The notes: generated from the letters alone by a model not told the origin. A stretch of DNA of 64,000 nt from an uncultured virus (IMG/VR IMGVR_UViG_3300021401_000002) (IMGVR_UViG_3300021401_000002), one strand, 5' to 3'; counted from the stretch's first letter, positions 41,563 to 54,178 are shown. Translations and numbers: made by a program.

Positions 41563-43126
41563 CACAGTGTAACCCGTTCTTCACGATTCGGGGTTTGCCT
41601 GCCTTTGTCTCTTGTTCAGGGGTTAGTACCTACCTCTTGTTTCCTCTTCGCCCACCTCTCCTTGGCGGCCTGGCTCCGGCGCTCGCGTTTGGCTTCTCGT
41701 ACAGAGGTCTTGGCGCGCTCAGCGGCTACGTAGGCCTCCTGGAGACAGCCGTTCGAATGGTAGATGCCCTTCGTGGTCATGACCGCGGGGTCTTTGGACG
41801 TCACGGCGATGCGCTTACCGCAATGGTCGCACGGGTAGCTGACAGACGGCTTCATCATCGAGCTCTGTATTCGACTACTTGCCACATCCGAGGAATCGGT
41901 TTCTTTGCCGCCTTACGTCGCGCCCACGCTTCGGCATCCAGTGCCACAGTGAATACACGAAAGCGGAGGAGATGGGCAGTTGGATTGAAGTCATCGTCGT
42001 ATACATAAGCCCCAAAGAGGGTTGGATGTATGGGCGCTTTGAGCATTACGGACTTCCTTTCACGGGTGGGTACCTCTTCGTATGTTTGGCGTGCGGCACT
42101 CCGTTGAAGGCCTCTCCATGCTCTTGAATCAAGAGGTAGAGACTTCTTCGGGTTCCAACTGGGAGCTTCAAGAGCCGTTCGAGCTCTTTGCCTGCCTCCA
42201 CTTCAGGCAAGCATTCGTGTGCTCCTAGCGAGCCAGACCAAACGAGCTTGCCGCATTGGCCGCAGTTCCATGTTGCCATTAGCCATTACCTCTGAACTGT
42301 CCATCTCGCTTCGATGGCGTCGATGACTTTGGAGTATGGAATGGGTTCGCCTCCCGGTTTCCACGATGGTCCAACAAAGGTAGGTATGAACTTCTCGCGA
42401 ATGAGGTCCTTGATTTCCAGCGTCCGTATTTCGGCGCCACGCTCATAGGCATCTTCACAAAGTGAGTGACTGTTGACGTAGTTCGACCAGATGGTGTTAC
42501 CGCACCACTTGCATATGTCGACAATTTCGTTCGGCTCGCCTGAGAAGACGTCTTCGCTCATGGCTTCTCCGAAATGGCGAACGGATCGTAACTGAGCTTT
42601 TTGACCGCTTCAGTTCGCATGAGGCGCCAGTAGACCTTGTCGCCTTCGCGCGTCGCGTGTTTGGCAAGCTCGTTGTAGCCAAGAGCGAGAGCGAGATAGA
42701 AATTCTGGTTGGCGTCGGAAGAACTGCCAGGCTCTTCGGAGCCTCCGCCTGGCGAGAGGGGACGCGAGGAACCAACCCGAGATCCAGGGATCTCACCGGC
42801 ATTGTCGCCAACTTGCTCGATTGGTGTTTTCGTCTCCGAAGTCTTGGGTCTCTCATCAGCAAGAGCAGCGTTTGCACGTTTCTTCATTCGATCGAGTGCA
42901 GCAAGAACTCCGCCAGTGCCTGGACTGTATTGCTCTCGGCTGATGTCCTCCAAATAGTCTTTGTACCGCTCCGCTCGCACGATCGCAGTAGCGAGCTTGG
43001 ATTCGGCGAGGTCCGCACGGTTGCTTTGCAGGGCTACTCCGCGCCAAGCGTCACGAAGCTCTCCTTGAAGCCTCACGATCGTGTCACTGCAGATGCGGTG
43101 CTCGGGAGCGTCCAGATCCAAGATGC

Positions 43127-43468
43127 TCATGACGAACCTGACGAAGCATTCCAGGGCGAGGAGCGCGACGAGGCCACGAGCTCACGCGCGACGGCTTTTG
43201 CAGCAAGTACTTTTGAGCCCTTCCTCTTCGCGAGCGAGCCGGCAACGGCGGTCACCATCTCGTCGAGATCTTCACGGGCGATCTCGGCGGCAACGAGCGC
43301 GCGGATCCCATCCTGAATGGACCAGCCGCCGTGCTTTGCCACAGCCGCAAACTTCGTCCACTCGTCCACGGTGAGCTTGAAGAACACCACAATACGCTCC
43401 GAAGAGGTAGCGTCCTCTCCGTTCGTGGAAGAGACAGAGGTCTTTGTTTTTCGTTTCTTTGCTGTCAT
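43127..43468 (-). CDS. RHH-like DNA-binding protein
   Basis: RIVVFFKL...F..VAK..GWSIQD.IRALV. Confidence 0.5.
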   Translation of the reverse strand: MTAKKRKTKTSVSSTNGEDATSSERIVVFFKLTVDEWTKFAAVAKHGGWSIQDGIRALVAAEIAREDLDEMVTAVAGSLAKRKGSKVLAAKAVARELVASSRSSPWNASSGSS

Positions 43469-43811
43469 GGAGTCTTCTTCTCTTTGAGGTCGAGCGGTAC
43501 GTCGTCTCTAATTTTCTCGTCGAAATAGGAGCCTGGATCGTAAGACGTCGTTGGCTTTCCGAGGAGAACGCCATCAGAGGAGCGTACGAGGTAGCGACCC
43601 GTCTCGCCTTGACGTTGGAGCTCTCTTGCGTCTTCGATGTTCTCTTTGTGTCCAACGAATCTCTTCCCCTTGGCGTAGACGTCGAACCCCGTGGCGCCTG
43701 GTCCCTGAGGTTTGGCAACGACCTCCCTCGCCGGGTCGCGCTTTCGGTTGTGTGGGTCTCCGGCACCGTACGCCCAGCTCCCGCCGACCGAGTCTTTTTT
43801 GGAGGCGGCGT

Positions 43812-44237
43812 TCATCGGCCGGTTCTCACCCAGAAGTAGAAACGTTTCGTTGAGCTACAGATGCCTCGCCATGTGAGGATGACTACGCCGACTGGGAAGA
43901 CTGCCGCAAGCACGAAGGGCCAAAAGCCGGCGATGAGCATAACGTGTAGAGGCAAAAGCTCGCTGTCGAGTTGCTTGTTACCTAAACGGCGTTCGTCGAG
44001 CTCGATGGATACCCACACGAGAACGCCGAGAAAGGAGAGACCTGTCGCTATGCCTGTCATGACATACAGCTCGGTACGCTCTCCCGCGTGCAAAGCCTTC
44101 TGGAGTAGCTCGATGAAACGGTACACGAAGACGGGTCCAGTCAGGCTCAAGAAAATCGCGAGGATTCTCCAGAGAGGCATATATGACTTGAGAGTCTTCT
44201 CGAGCTGGAATCTGGGCTCTCGATAGGGATTGCTCAC
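43812..44237 (-). CDS. Membrane protein
   Basis: Three hydrophobic segments. Confidence 0.6.
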   Translation of the reverse strand: MSNPYREPRFQLEKTLKSYMPLWRILAIFLSLTGPVFVYRFIELLQKALHAGERTELYVMTGIATGLSFLGVLVWVSIELDERRLGNKQLDSELLPLHVMLIAGFWPFVLAAVFPVGVVILTWRGICSSTKRFYFWVRTGR

Positions 44238-44932
44238 GTCTTGCTCCGAATCAGCGCGTACAGTTTTCGCTTCAGTCTTCTATCAATGAGACGTTGCTCA
44301 TCAGCGTCGTCGGGGTCCCAGCAGCCCAGCATGTCATTGGCGCGATAGAACACAGAACGAAGCACAATCCAATCGCGGCGAGCGAACTTCTTGTCTCGAT
44401 TGACTTTCATTTTCGCTACTCCAGCTCTTTGAGCTTGAGGGGTTCGCCTTCCTTGGCGTGCTCCACGCAGTCCGAGCACATCATGGCGTCCTTGGCCTCT
44501 TTGTCCTCCGTCTTCGTGTCGAGGTCGCCGCCGCACAAGATACAGAGCTCGTAGTCGGTGCGATACGCCTGTACGAGCAGCTCCAAAGAGATGACGTATT
44601 GAGGGTCGGTTTTGGTCATGGCATCATCTTCTCTTTCATTCTTTTGATGTAGCTCTTGTATTGTCGAGTACGCCAGCAGCGCAGAGGGCTTCATGAGTAC
44701 GAAGAACGAGGTCCGCAGTTTGCTCGCGTTCGCCTATCCATTCCTGTAGCAGCCGCGCCATCGCGGGAGCCGGCGAGGCGAGCGCGGGCGTAGGCTTCTT
44801 CCGAATCATCGTAGTCTCGTGATGGTAGCGTGTTGAATGAGCCGAGATTTTCGCCCTCTGCGTCGAACAGTTCGCCACGCTCACTGCCGCTCGGATTGCC
44901 GGCTCTCCACTCCTCCTCCTCCCACACCTTGC

Positions 44933-47900
44933 TCACGTGCCGCCGCCTTTCTCTCGCATAGCGACCAAGACCATAAACGGACCGACACCGACGCAGAACA
45001 GCGGAGGTTCGCCAGGTCTCCGCACCCAACCGGCCTTCATGTAGTCGCGGTGTTTGTCACCGTTCGCCATGGTCCAATCCCAGGCGCCATCGTCAGCGAA
45101 ATGCAGACCGACAAGTGCGCGACCAATCCAGAAACTTGTGTGCTTATCGCTCACGTGCCGCCTCTCTCGACGCCAAGACGATGGCGCCACCCACGAAGGA
45201 ATGTCTTCGAGCCGCGACGTGATGGGTTCAGCATCACGCTCAGCGCGTCATCGACCGACTCCGGGTGACGGTGCGCGATGATCCGCATGATCGCCTCGAT
45301 GTCCCGTTCTTTCCGACATATGTTTGCAAGCAGGCTGGCGTTGTGCTCCTTGAGGCTCTTCACGTCAGTCTTGTAAGGACGGAGAACCTTGTCGAGCGTG
45401 TGTTTGATGGCCTCTAGGTCACGCTGGATGTAGACGATGTCGTCCTTCTTCGGGCGCAACGGTTTGGCGCTCATCGTCCGCCGCCTTTCTCGTGGTCGCG
45501 ATCATCAAGCCACCACACAATGAGACTGCCCACGACGCAGTAGATGAGCAGGCCAGTCAAGAACACCACCAAACCCATCATCGCTTCCCCGTCTCCGCTC
45601 GGGCCTCGGTCTGGAGCAGGGCGCGGATGCCATCGACTGCGTTGGCTGGCGCAAGCTGCACCTGAGCGGAATGCGTCTCAATGTACTTCGCCGCCGCCTC
45701 GATGCCCTCCCGCTTGCCGGCTGCTTTGCCGTCCGCCACACCGTTGAGATATTCGGCGCAGTACGAGCACTCCTCGGAGGAACCTTGATCGTGCTCCACG
45801 ATGTCGTCATTGCTGCACTTCTGTCTCATGCGCCCTCCATTCCCTATTCGATATTCCAGTGTGTCCATGATCAATGGGAGAAACATTACTATCGCCAGCA
45901 TCCCGTAGACGACCCATGAGGTGTCACTCACGTCTCACCCTCCTTTCGCGGGGCCTGGGAGGCGTCGATTACGTCTGTGATTAGGTCACGGATGAACATT
46001 CGCAGACCGTCTGCGGTCCAGTCGTCGCCGACCGAATCTAGCCAGTCTCGTAGCGATGCTAGCTTTGCGTCTCGCTCAGCGACGCGGCGGGTGAGGGCGT
46101 CGCGCTCATCGATGCCCTCCCGCTTGCCGGCTGCTCGACCGAGCGCATATGCACACAGGGTGCATGTACTCGGGTGGTGGGTGCCGTGGACGCAAGCCGA
46201 GTCGGTCATGGCTTCTTCTCCTCGGTCTGGGGCAGGGCGCGGATGCGAGTAGCGATGTACTCGGCAGCGCTCACTAGAATCGTGTTGTCCTCGCGTCGGT
46301 AAGCGTCTGCCACCTGCGCCGCCGCCTCGATGCCTTCCCGCTTGCCGGCTGCGTGGGTCTCAGCAAGTAGCGCAGCAAGCCTAACAACCTCTCCCCATCG
46401 TTGTGGCGAGTCGTCGCTACCGATGTTGAGCCGGTCAAGCCATTCCAGTGCAACCTTCTCCCATTCACTGCTCACGTGCCGCCGCCTTTCTCGTGGTCTC
46501 GCAGCATCTCGGCATTCTCGTGTTCACACGCATGCGGCCCGTCGTGGCCAGCCCTGCGCTTGCATGAGCAAGGGTCGTATTGCCACTCAGACATCCACTC
46601 GGGCTTCTTGCCCATCTTCTCGCCGCACACGCCAGACTTCCCCTCCCCCGTCTCCGCTCGGGCCTCGGTCTGGAGTAGGGCGCCGTCGATTCGCGCGTGC
46701 GCCTCTCGCACTTCTTTGCGAATGCTGTCGACTCGTTCGCGTTCTCGCTCCGAACATTCGACCGGCAAGTCCGGGTTCTCGAAGATCATTGCTTCCAGAT
46801 CCAGCGTCACGATGCGTACCTTCTCGCCGCTCTGCGGTATCTCGGCACCTACGATGCTGTAGGCTTTGCCGCGCAGTGCCTCGTCGTGGACGATGCGTGC
46901 AGGCCGGCCGTCATAGTAGAACGGCTGGCGAGTGACGAAGTAGATGTCGTCGCCGCCGACGTAGCATTCGAGGTTGCCGCTCGGGTCTTGGGCTTGAAGT
47001 GCCGCGATGAGGTCACGCGTTTTCATGGCTTCTTCTCCTCCATCCGGAGCAGGGCGCGGATGTTCGTAATCATCACCGTTGACAGTCCGGGTATCTTCGC
47101 CGCCGCCTCGATGCCCTCCCGCTTGCCGGCTGCGTGGACTTCTTCGATAAGCTTAGCCAGATCGTCGATGCACCCGTTGCAATCGATTCTGTCTTTCCCA
47201 GACCGACAGCCAGCGTCGGCATACTCGCGAGCCTTCTTGACCGCATCTGTCTTCTTCACGTCTCACCCTCCTTTCGCGGGGCCTGGGCCTCGGCCTGGAG
47301 CAGGGCGCGGATGGTGTTGGCCATATCTGCACCGTTGCCACTAAAGAATCGGAACTCCTCCACGCGCTTCGCCGCTGCCTCGATGCCCTCCCGCTTGCCG
47401 GCTGCGTAGCCTCGAGCGTAGCCGCGCTGTTCAGCGTCATGTTTCGCGTCCACGGCTTGCCCCCACCGGCAACGGTCGTGGGAATGCTTCTCGTGGTTGG
47501 GCGAGTCGAGGTAGTCGTATTGCGCGCGGTCGTTATCGCAATCGAGGCATCGCCCGCTGCCACCTTCGCACGACAGGTGCTTGCAATCGCGAAGATAGAG
47601 CATCGTTCCGCAGTTGTGACAGCGCTTGTCTTCTTTTAGCTTGAAGCTCACGTCTCACCCTCCTTTCGCGGGGCCTGGGAGGCGGCGAGGGCTTTGCGGG
47701 CGAGAGCGCCACCGTCGATCAGGATGTCCGGCTGATGTGGCGGACCGCCGCAGACGTTGTCGTGCGGATGGTCGCAACGTTCACGGCTCGCGTTGTAGCC
47801 GTCGCACCACGCTTCCTCGTTCGCATACCAACGCAGTGCCTCCTCCAGCTCAGCGACCCGGCGGGTGAAGGCGTCGGCCTTGTTGTTGCGCACACCAAGC

Positions 47901-48633
47901 GTGGCCGTGAGACAGATCGGGCAAGCGCTTTCATCGATCCACTCGTTCATCCGCCGACGCGTATGCTGACACCCGTCGATGCGTTTGCGCGGCTGCGCAT
48001 CCCGCTCCGCTTCGAGCGCCTTGCAGCGGTCTCGCCAGTGCACCATCTCGTTACGACTGCGGACGGCGTTCGCATGCGACTCATTGCGTTGAGCCGCCAG
48101 CACATCGGCGCAGCGGTCGGGGGTGTGCTCCACATCGTCGTCAGTCGCTTCATGCGTCACAGTCTTACCGGCGACGTTGCCTATGCCGTCGTCAAACGCG
48201 ACCAGCTCAGTTCCGCAGCGGGGGCAGATCATGGGGTCTCCTTTCGCGGAGCCAGGGAGGCGGTAAGCAGTTCTCTTGCCCTGGCGCCAGGGCAAGCAAA
48301 ACCCACATCGATGAGAACGCCATTGCGGTCCTCATCGGCGATCCGGTCCTCCTCGCATTCCTTGAAGTGTTTCTTGCATACGCCGCAGGTGTCCGCGTTC
48401 ACGGCATGCCTCCCGCAGTCTTTGAGCACAGCCTCCAGCTCAGCGACGCGGCGGGCATCGGCATTGTGTACCTCCCCAATCGCAGCCATCGCATTTAGGG
48501 CAGCATCCAATTTCTTCTTCAGCACATCGGTGCAGCGGTCGGGGGTGTGCACGTTTAGCTTCCCATCAAGGTACTTTTGTTGTTCCTCTACGCCGTCTCC
48601 AGCCAACTCAGTTTTGCAGCGGGGGCAGATCAT
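44933..48633 (-). repeat. Cluster of ~12 small overlapping genes sharing dispersed 20-35 bp repeat blocks
   Basis: AAGKREGI(EAAA) block x5, APRKEGET junction x3-4, EKGGGT-type junction x3-4, ALLQTEARAETG block x2 plus variants. Confidence 0.85.
46472..47026 (-). CDS. Hypothetical phage protein
   Basis: MKTRDLIAALQ..DP start, similar to the start of 50726-50998. Confidence 0.6.
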   Translation of the reverse strand: MKTRDLIAALQAQDPSGNLECYVGGDDIYFVTRQPFYYDGRPARIVHDEALRGKAYSIVGAEIPQSGEKVRIVTLDLEAMIFENPDLPVECSERERERVDSIRKEVREAHARIDGALLQTEARAETGEGKSGVCGEKMGKKPEWMSEWQYDPCSCKRRAGHDGPHACEHENAEMLRDHEKGGGT

Positions 48634-48863
48634 CCGGTCCCCTTAGCGCAGTCCTCTTGAGCTTGAGTTGCTGCGTTCATCTTATCCTTCATGCGTTTCA
48701 TTCCGTCGATGAGCGAGTAACGTAAAACGTCTGTACGAGTCGTACGACGAACAAGCCCGTCTTCGTCATTGAGGTCTTCCGTGATTTGGTCTGCAAGCTC
48801 GATAGCTCTTTTGGGCAACTTGAGAGTGATCGAAACTGTGTTTTTACTTTTCGGTCTGGGCAT
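48630..48863 (-). CDS. RHH-like regulator
   Basis: TVSITLKLP...TRTDVLRYSL..G. Confidence 0.65.
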   Translation of the reverse strand: MPRPKSKNTVSITLKLPKRAIELADQITEDLNDEDGLVRRTTRTDVLRYSLIDGMKRMKDKMNAATQAQEDCAKGTG

Positions 48864-48868
48864 ACCTC

Positions 48869-49768
48869 TTACTCCTTCCTCTTGACGAGGGTTTCGATGA
48901 GACCAGAGGCTTGACCATGAGCGCGAAAGCCGATGATCGCCTTTCGTTTGGGTAACGCGCAGAGACGGCACGACTTGCAAGTTACCGTTTCAAAGCGCTG
49001 CGCCGGGCATACGATCACATGGCGTCCTTTGGGAGTACGAAGCTTGTCGGGTGCGTTTTCTGGTAGCACCACAGTAACCGGGCCTACACAGAGATCTGCG
49101 CGTTTGTCGGCCTGAGCAAGAGTGTCTGCCGACAAGTTGACGGCAAAGCCTTCTTCGTTCGCTTTGCGTACGGCTTCCTTCTGATTTGGATGCTTGAGTG
49201 GTTTATGAGTGAATGTAAACCCTCTTCGTCCTCGATTGGCGCTGACTAAACTTTTTAGGGAAGACACATCTAAGCCGTCGCCTCTTCCTTGCAAATCGCC
49301 TGCTACGTTGTGACGCCAAACCGTTCCCGGTCGAAGCCCTCTTACCGTGCTCAAGAACTCACTCCACGACAGATGCCAACTTTCGACTCCGACCCGCTTC
49401 CAGTGCGAGCCGAGCTTGCCGTAAAGGGCATAGCATCCAGCCTTGTAAAACGAACATGATGGCGGGCAAGTGCCACGCTCGCTCATCGATGTTGGAATGG
49501 GTCCAGTCTTCTTATTGAGACTTCGCTGGACGAAGAGAACTCGGCCCGTTGGTTCCGGGTCCTCGCGTGTCATGCGTGCGAGGCGTTCGGCTGGAAGAAG
49601 CTTTTGCCAGTCGTTATACTTCTCGCGACACGCATTACACTGGCGGTACTTGTGACCTCTTGCAATGAAGTCTTCTGGCACCTTTTTCTGCCAGCACTGC
49701 GGACAGCGTTCTCTTTGGTTGGGAGTCGTGACAGAGAGCGAAGAGGTCATTACGGCACCCGGAGACAC
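48869..49768 (-). CDS. Cys-rich phage protein, radical-SAM-like/Gp88-like
   Basis: N.KTG.IP, TCPPSC......CYA, R..V.GD, TH, NLSAD, CPA...C..C.LC. Confidence 0.55.
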   Translation of the reverse strand: MSPGAVMTSSLSVTTPNQRERCPQCWQKKVPEDFIARGHKYRQCNACREKYNDWQKLLPAERLARMTREDPEPTGRVLFVQRSLNKKTGPIPTSMSERGTCPPSCSFYKAGCYALYGKLGSHWKRVGVESWHLSWSEFLSTVRGLRPGTVWRHNVAGDLQGRGDGLDVSSLKSLVSANRGRRGFTFTHKPLKHPNQKEAVRKANEEGFAVNLSADTLAQADKRADLCVGPVTVVLPENAPDKLRTPKGRHVIVCPAQRFETVTCKSCRLCALPKRKAIIGFRAHGQASGLIETLVKRKE

Positions 49769-51366
49769 GGCGGAAGGACGTCGCGGCTGAACGTGGTGCC
49801 GCAGCTGCAGTTGCGAAATTCCAGCATGAGAAACTCCGTGTAGACCATCTCATCGCCGCCCGCGGCGCGGGGCAGCGCGAGCCATGCCTCCTCGGAGTAC
49901 CTCTTGCCACAACAGGCGCAAACGAAAGATTCGTCGCGACTCATAGTCCCACCGGATCTTCGACAAACAAATGGAACACGAGTATCTGTAGTTGGAATGT
50001 ACCAACATATTCCCATCTACACCTGGCACCTTTGATCATTTGCCGGTTTGATGATTCGAGCTCGTCGATAGGATGGCCCGTACCGGCAAGTCGAAATTTT
50101 CGAGAGATGAGCGGTAACGAAAGTACAGGATCATCGGAGCGCAGCGACGAGGAGTTGGTCGTGTTGAGGGCGTGCTTGATCCACATGAACGGTTTCCCGT
50201 CCTGAACCTGCACCGTCAGGATCTGACAGAAGCGTGGGAGCGCTACGGAGAACTCGTCGGTAAGCTCGACTGGGTATTTGTAAATGACGTCACTCATGAT
50301 CTTCTCTCTCGTTCGGATTCAGCAACGAGATTTTGCAGTGCTCGCTCTTGTGGTCGCGGTTCTCTTCTTCGAGCGCCTTGAGATGATCGAGTACGATGAG
50401 GAGCGCGAGTTTGAACGCAGCCGTGTACTGCGCGTGCTCGTCTCGCGTTACACGTTCGAGCTTTGCCTTGGCTTCTTCGAGGTTCATTGTCGCGTTCATG
50501 ATCGCTCCTTGAGCACAGCACGACCGGCATCGGTGAGACGCGCGGTCGTCCATTTTTCACCACGGAACATGCCGCCATTCAGAGTAACCAAGCCACGGTC
50601 TTCGAGGCGTTTGGCAAGTGCCCAGTCTTCTGGATCGACGTTGCTGATGGCAGAGACCACGTGTGAGCGGACTTCTTCGAAGCGAAGTGTTTTTAGGAAG
50701 GCCAGTTGCAAAACGGACAACCTCGTCATGTTTGTTTCTTCTTGCGCGCGGCGCGCTCTCTGTCTTGAGCTTGACATTCTTCGGAGCGGTCGAGCTGAGC
50801 GAATGTGGGATTCAACATCACACATCGAACATCGAACCGTCTTATCAGCGATACACCGAGATAAGCGTTCTCAGTGGTCGTAACGACTGTTGCAACGACT
50901 TTGGGGTAGTCATCGCGACCGTGGAACGAAATGGGGTAGGCGACTTGAAGTTCTGGGTCACACTTCCGAAGCGCTTTGATCAACTCTCGAACCTTCACAA
51001 AGACCTCCGTGATCTCGATGACTTGGCGCTTTGGGTAAAGTGGTCCTGTGCGCGTGGGTTCACGGAAACCTTCGTCGCAAGACCATCGATGTTTGCGACA
51101 GTCTGTGCGAGCGCCAAAAGAATGCGCTGACCCTCGCCCAGAGAGACACCAACGCGTCCGAGCCCTGGATGGTGACGGTGGGCGTCTCGCCAGCGCAGAT
51201 CTTCGAACAAGGAATCAGTCATTGTGGCCACCTTCGATTCAACCACGGTTTCAGCCATCGATCATTGATGATGAGTCCGATGAGGCTTCCAATGGCATAG
51301 CAAAGCACATGTTGAAACATCGTCATAGCCAGTCCTTCGTTCATGATGACTTCGACTGTTTTGAAC

Positions 51367-51741
51367 TCACGTTCGCCTCCGTTGCTTTTTCGGCAATGTG
51401 TCTTCGAAGCATTCGTGCTGCTCTCCCACGACTTCGAAATCCATATTCAGGCGCCCCGACAGAGCGAGCATTCGCAAGCCGAGGTTATTGCCGACACCGA
51501 GCTGATGATGCAGCCAGCCCACGCATGGGAGCTCTTTGCCGGGGGACGTTTCGTGGCACGCCATCATGGACAATCCGCCGACGCGGAATGCACCCGGCTC
51601 GGCAATCGTAGACGCGAGCGCGGCGTGGAGCTTCGCGCTGTAGCCCTTGGGAATATCGTAGGGGTTCGTACTCGTCTTCCACGGGCACTTCGCGCACTGC
51701 AAGCGTTTGGGTGTGGTCACGACTCGTCCTTGATGGCGCAA
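51367..51741 (-). CDS. Cys/His metal-binding phage protein
   Basis: C..CPW, MACH, CVGW. Confidence 0.55.
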   Translation of the reverse strand: MRHQGRVVTTPKRLQCAKCPWKTSTNPYDIPKGYSAKLHAALASTIAEPGAFRVGGLSMMACHETSPGKELPCVGWLHHQLGVGNNLGLRMLALSGRLNMDFEVVGEQHECFEDTLPKKQRRRT

Positions 51742-52150
51742 CTGTGAATTCGTCTTTCAATTCGACTGGATACTTTCTTTGCTTTCAGGACGGGCTCGGG
51801 TTTGGCCCAGGTGTAGCCGTTGTCACGCCAAACGTTGCGGATCTCGTTGCACTCGCCGCAACAGCACGTCGATCGGTTTTGACCGCTGGCAAAGTGCTCT
51901 GCGTGTTTCTGCGCGACTTGCCACGCATCGCGATCGGTGAGGATGAGTTCCTTGGCGAGAGCTCTCCCCTTTGCAGTGGGCTCGACGTCCCGGCTCGACA
52001 CGCCAAACATGTGGCCCCACTCGCGGCCAGAGTCCAAGATGTTGACGAGCCCGAGCTTCGAGAGGTGGAGGTACTCACGCCAGTGCGCCGTTGTCGTACG
52101 CGAGCCCACGCAGATCGAATAGAGCCTCTTTCGGTTGATGCGAGCGAGCG

Positions 52151-52868
52151 TCATGACCTCTTCTCCTTGAGTGCGGCGCGGCCAAGATCGGTGATGTTCC
52201 AGATCAGGTTCCACGTCGCGGTTTGCCCTGCGTAGGTCACACGCTTGACGAAGCCGAGCGCGAGCAGCTCTTCGAGTGTGGTGAGGTCCGCGGTTGCGCT
52301 CGTGTAACGCGCGCCGCTGGTCATGAAGCGAGAGAGATCGCTGCGCTGCGCCTCCGTCAGCTTCGGCGCGGTCATGACTCACCTCGAAGCGCAGCGCGGC
52401 CAGCGTCGGTATCGAGCGCGCGAAGATACTCGAACGCAGCGTTGTACGCTTGCCAGAACCGAGGATATGAGCCCTTGTGAACATCGTCGAGCATGACGAT
52501 CCAAGATCGCCACCCGCCACGGGCACGGCATCCGATCAGTTCCAGCTTGCGTCCGTCGATGTGCGCGACGTAGGTGCCGTCAATCGACCTAGTGAACGGA
52601 CCCTTCTTCGGCTCGGTGTGCGCGGTCATGACGCACTCTGCAACGCCGCACGCCCCGCGTCAGTGATTATCCAGCGCATGCGGTCAAGGATCCACGCTCG
52701 CGTCACGAGTCCACGTTTGCGCAGAGCTACCATCGTGTTCATGGGAAACGTCGCGCCAGGGTGTTGAGCCGCACACCGTGCTAACTCCCGGCGCTGCGCT
52801 TCCGTCAGCTTCGGCGCGTGCGGGTCTTTGCGCGGGGCGGCCTCTTGCTCCATTATCTCCTTCTTCAT
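52151..52868 (-). CDS. Three tandem small genes with shared PKLTEAQR and/or TD(A/L)GRAAL motifs (52151-52375, 52372-52629, 52626-52868)
   Basis: Shared motifs; ATGA overlaps. Confidence 0.6.
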
Positions 52869-54178
52869 GACGGCTCCTCCTTCGACTCAGGCTTGACCTC
52901 GGTGACGGTGCAGCGGCTGAGGAGGGTCTGCTTCTGACCCTTGTACTCGTCGTGCTTTTTGACGGTGCCCTTGACGTCGTAGCGCTTGCCGACGTCACCG
53001 CGAACGATGTCCGTGTTCGACGCCTTCCACGTAAGGACGGCGCCAGCATCGGTGATAAATTTCAAGACCGTGGTGTAGCCGTACTGCGTGTCGTAGCCGG
53101 TGACGAAGTCGAGGGCGAGGTTCGAGAACGTCTCGCGCTTGCCGACCGTGCCCACATGAACGCTCGCCGGACGCGCAGCGCGCTCTGCACGTTTGCGGGC
53201 TACGCCTTGGGCACGCTCATACGCGGTGACCATGCTTGCCGCGATGCCCGCCGAACGAAAGCCGACGACGCCCGTGCGAGCAACGGCGCGGAGGTTATGC
53301 AAGTAGTCGCTGCCAGCTTGGGCGTTGACTTCACCGTCCGAGAGAGATTCGGCCCAGACTTCCGAGGCTTCTGCGAGGGCGATGTCGACATCCGTGGGCT
53401 TGCAGTTGGCTTCGCGGCAGATCTTGCACGTAGACTTCTCACGGCACGACATGAAGTGGAGCGCGATGTCAGCGGTCGCGGAAGAGCCGCGCTCGCGTGC
53501 GACCGTGCGCGACGTCCAGCCCTGGACTCGAACACACCAAGCAACGATGGGGAGGTACTGGGACAGAGCGACGTCGCCGCTGCCGCCACCGCCAAAGCCT
53601 TCGGATTCGCCGCCTTCCGCGAGACCGCGCGCTGAGGCGAGCATCGTCGCGTAAGCCGCGATCTTGGTGGCATCGCTGGAGCCGAGGAAGTCGGCGATGC
53701 ACGTCGAGCCAACCTGAACCAAGCGCCCATCTTCGTGGCGAACGACGTAGGTGTCGGCGCGGCGACGCGCGAGCTTGCAGTGATCGCACTGGGGGCCACG
53801 CGTGCGGTACTCCGGAGGCAGCGTCTTTCCAGGGAGCGCGCGAACGATGTTCTCGCCGTCGAGGTGCTCGAGAGCTGCCACGAATGTCCAACCTTCGAAG
53901 CGGCATGAAGCCGAACCTTCGAACGTGAGAGGGATCCTCGCGATTTTGGTCTTCGACCCATCGCGCTCCTCGTGGGAAGTGATGTACGCCTTGCCCCAGC
54001 TCCAGAGGAGCGGCGAGAGGCCACGCTTCACCGCTCGCTTTTGGAGCTGAAGGAGCGCGGCTTCGACGCTCTGGCGCTTGTCTAGGAGAACCTTGTACGT
54101 CGCAGGCGTTTCGATGTCGGTCTCGGACGCAGGCGCGCCGGAGGTGTCCGTGTAGAGGTTCTGCTGCTCGACGTTCAT
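52865..54178 (-). CDS. Phage protein with Zn-binding motif and C-terminal OB fold
   Basis: CDHC...RRR...VQVGSTC..DFLG; VG.VGKR...KGTVKKH.EYKG.KQT.L.RC. Confidence 0.7.
   Translation of the reverse strand: MNVEQQNLYTDTSGAPASETDIETPATYKVLLDKRQSVEAALLQLQKRAVKRGLSPLLWSWGKAYITSHEERDGSKTKIARIPLTFEGSASCRFEGWTFVAALEHLDGENIVRALPGKTLPPEYRTRGPQCDHCKLARRRADTYVVRHEDGRLVQVGSTCIADFLGSSDATKIAAYATMLASARGLAEGGESEGFGGGGSGDVALSQYLPIVAWCVRVQGWTSRTVARERGSSATADIALHFMSCREKSTCKICREANCKPTDVDIALAEASEVWAESLSDGEVNAQAGSDYLHNLRAVARTGVVGFRSAGIAASMVTAYERAQGVARKRAERAARPASVHVGTVGKRETFSNLALDFVTGYDTQYGYTTVLKFITDAGAVLTWKASNTDIVRGDVGKRYDVKGTVKKHDEYKGQKQTLLSRCTVTEVKPESKEEPS

Noticed and set aside
44933..48633. Dispersed repeats as CRISPR repeats or integron attC sites
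   Set aside because: Irregular spacing of hundreds of bp, coding in-frame peptides, no attC-like hairpin recognised
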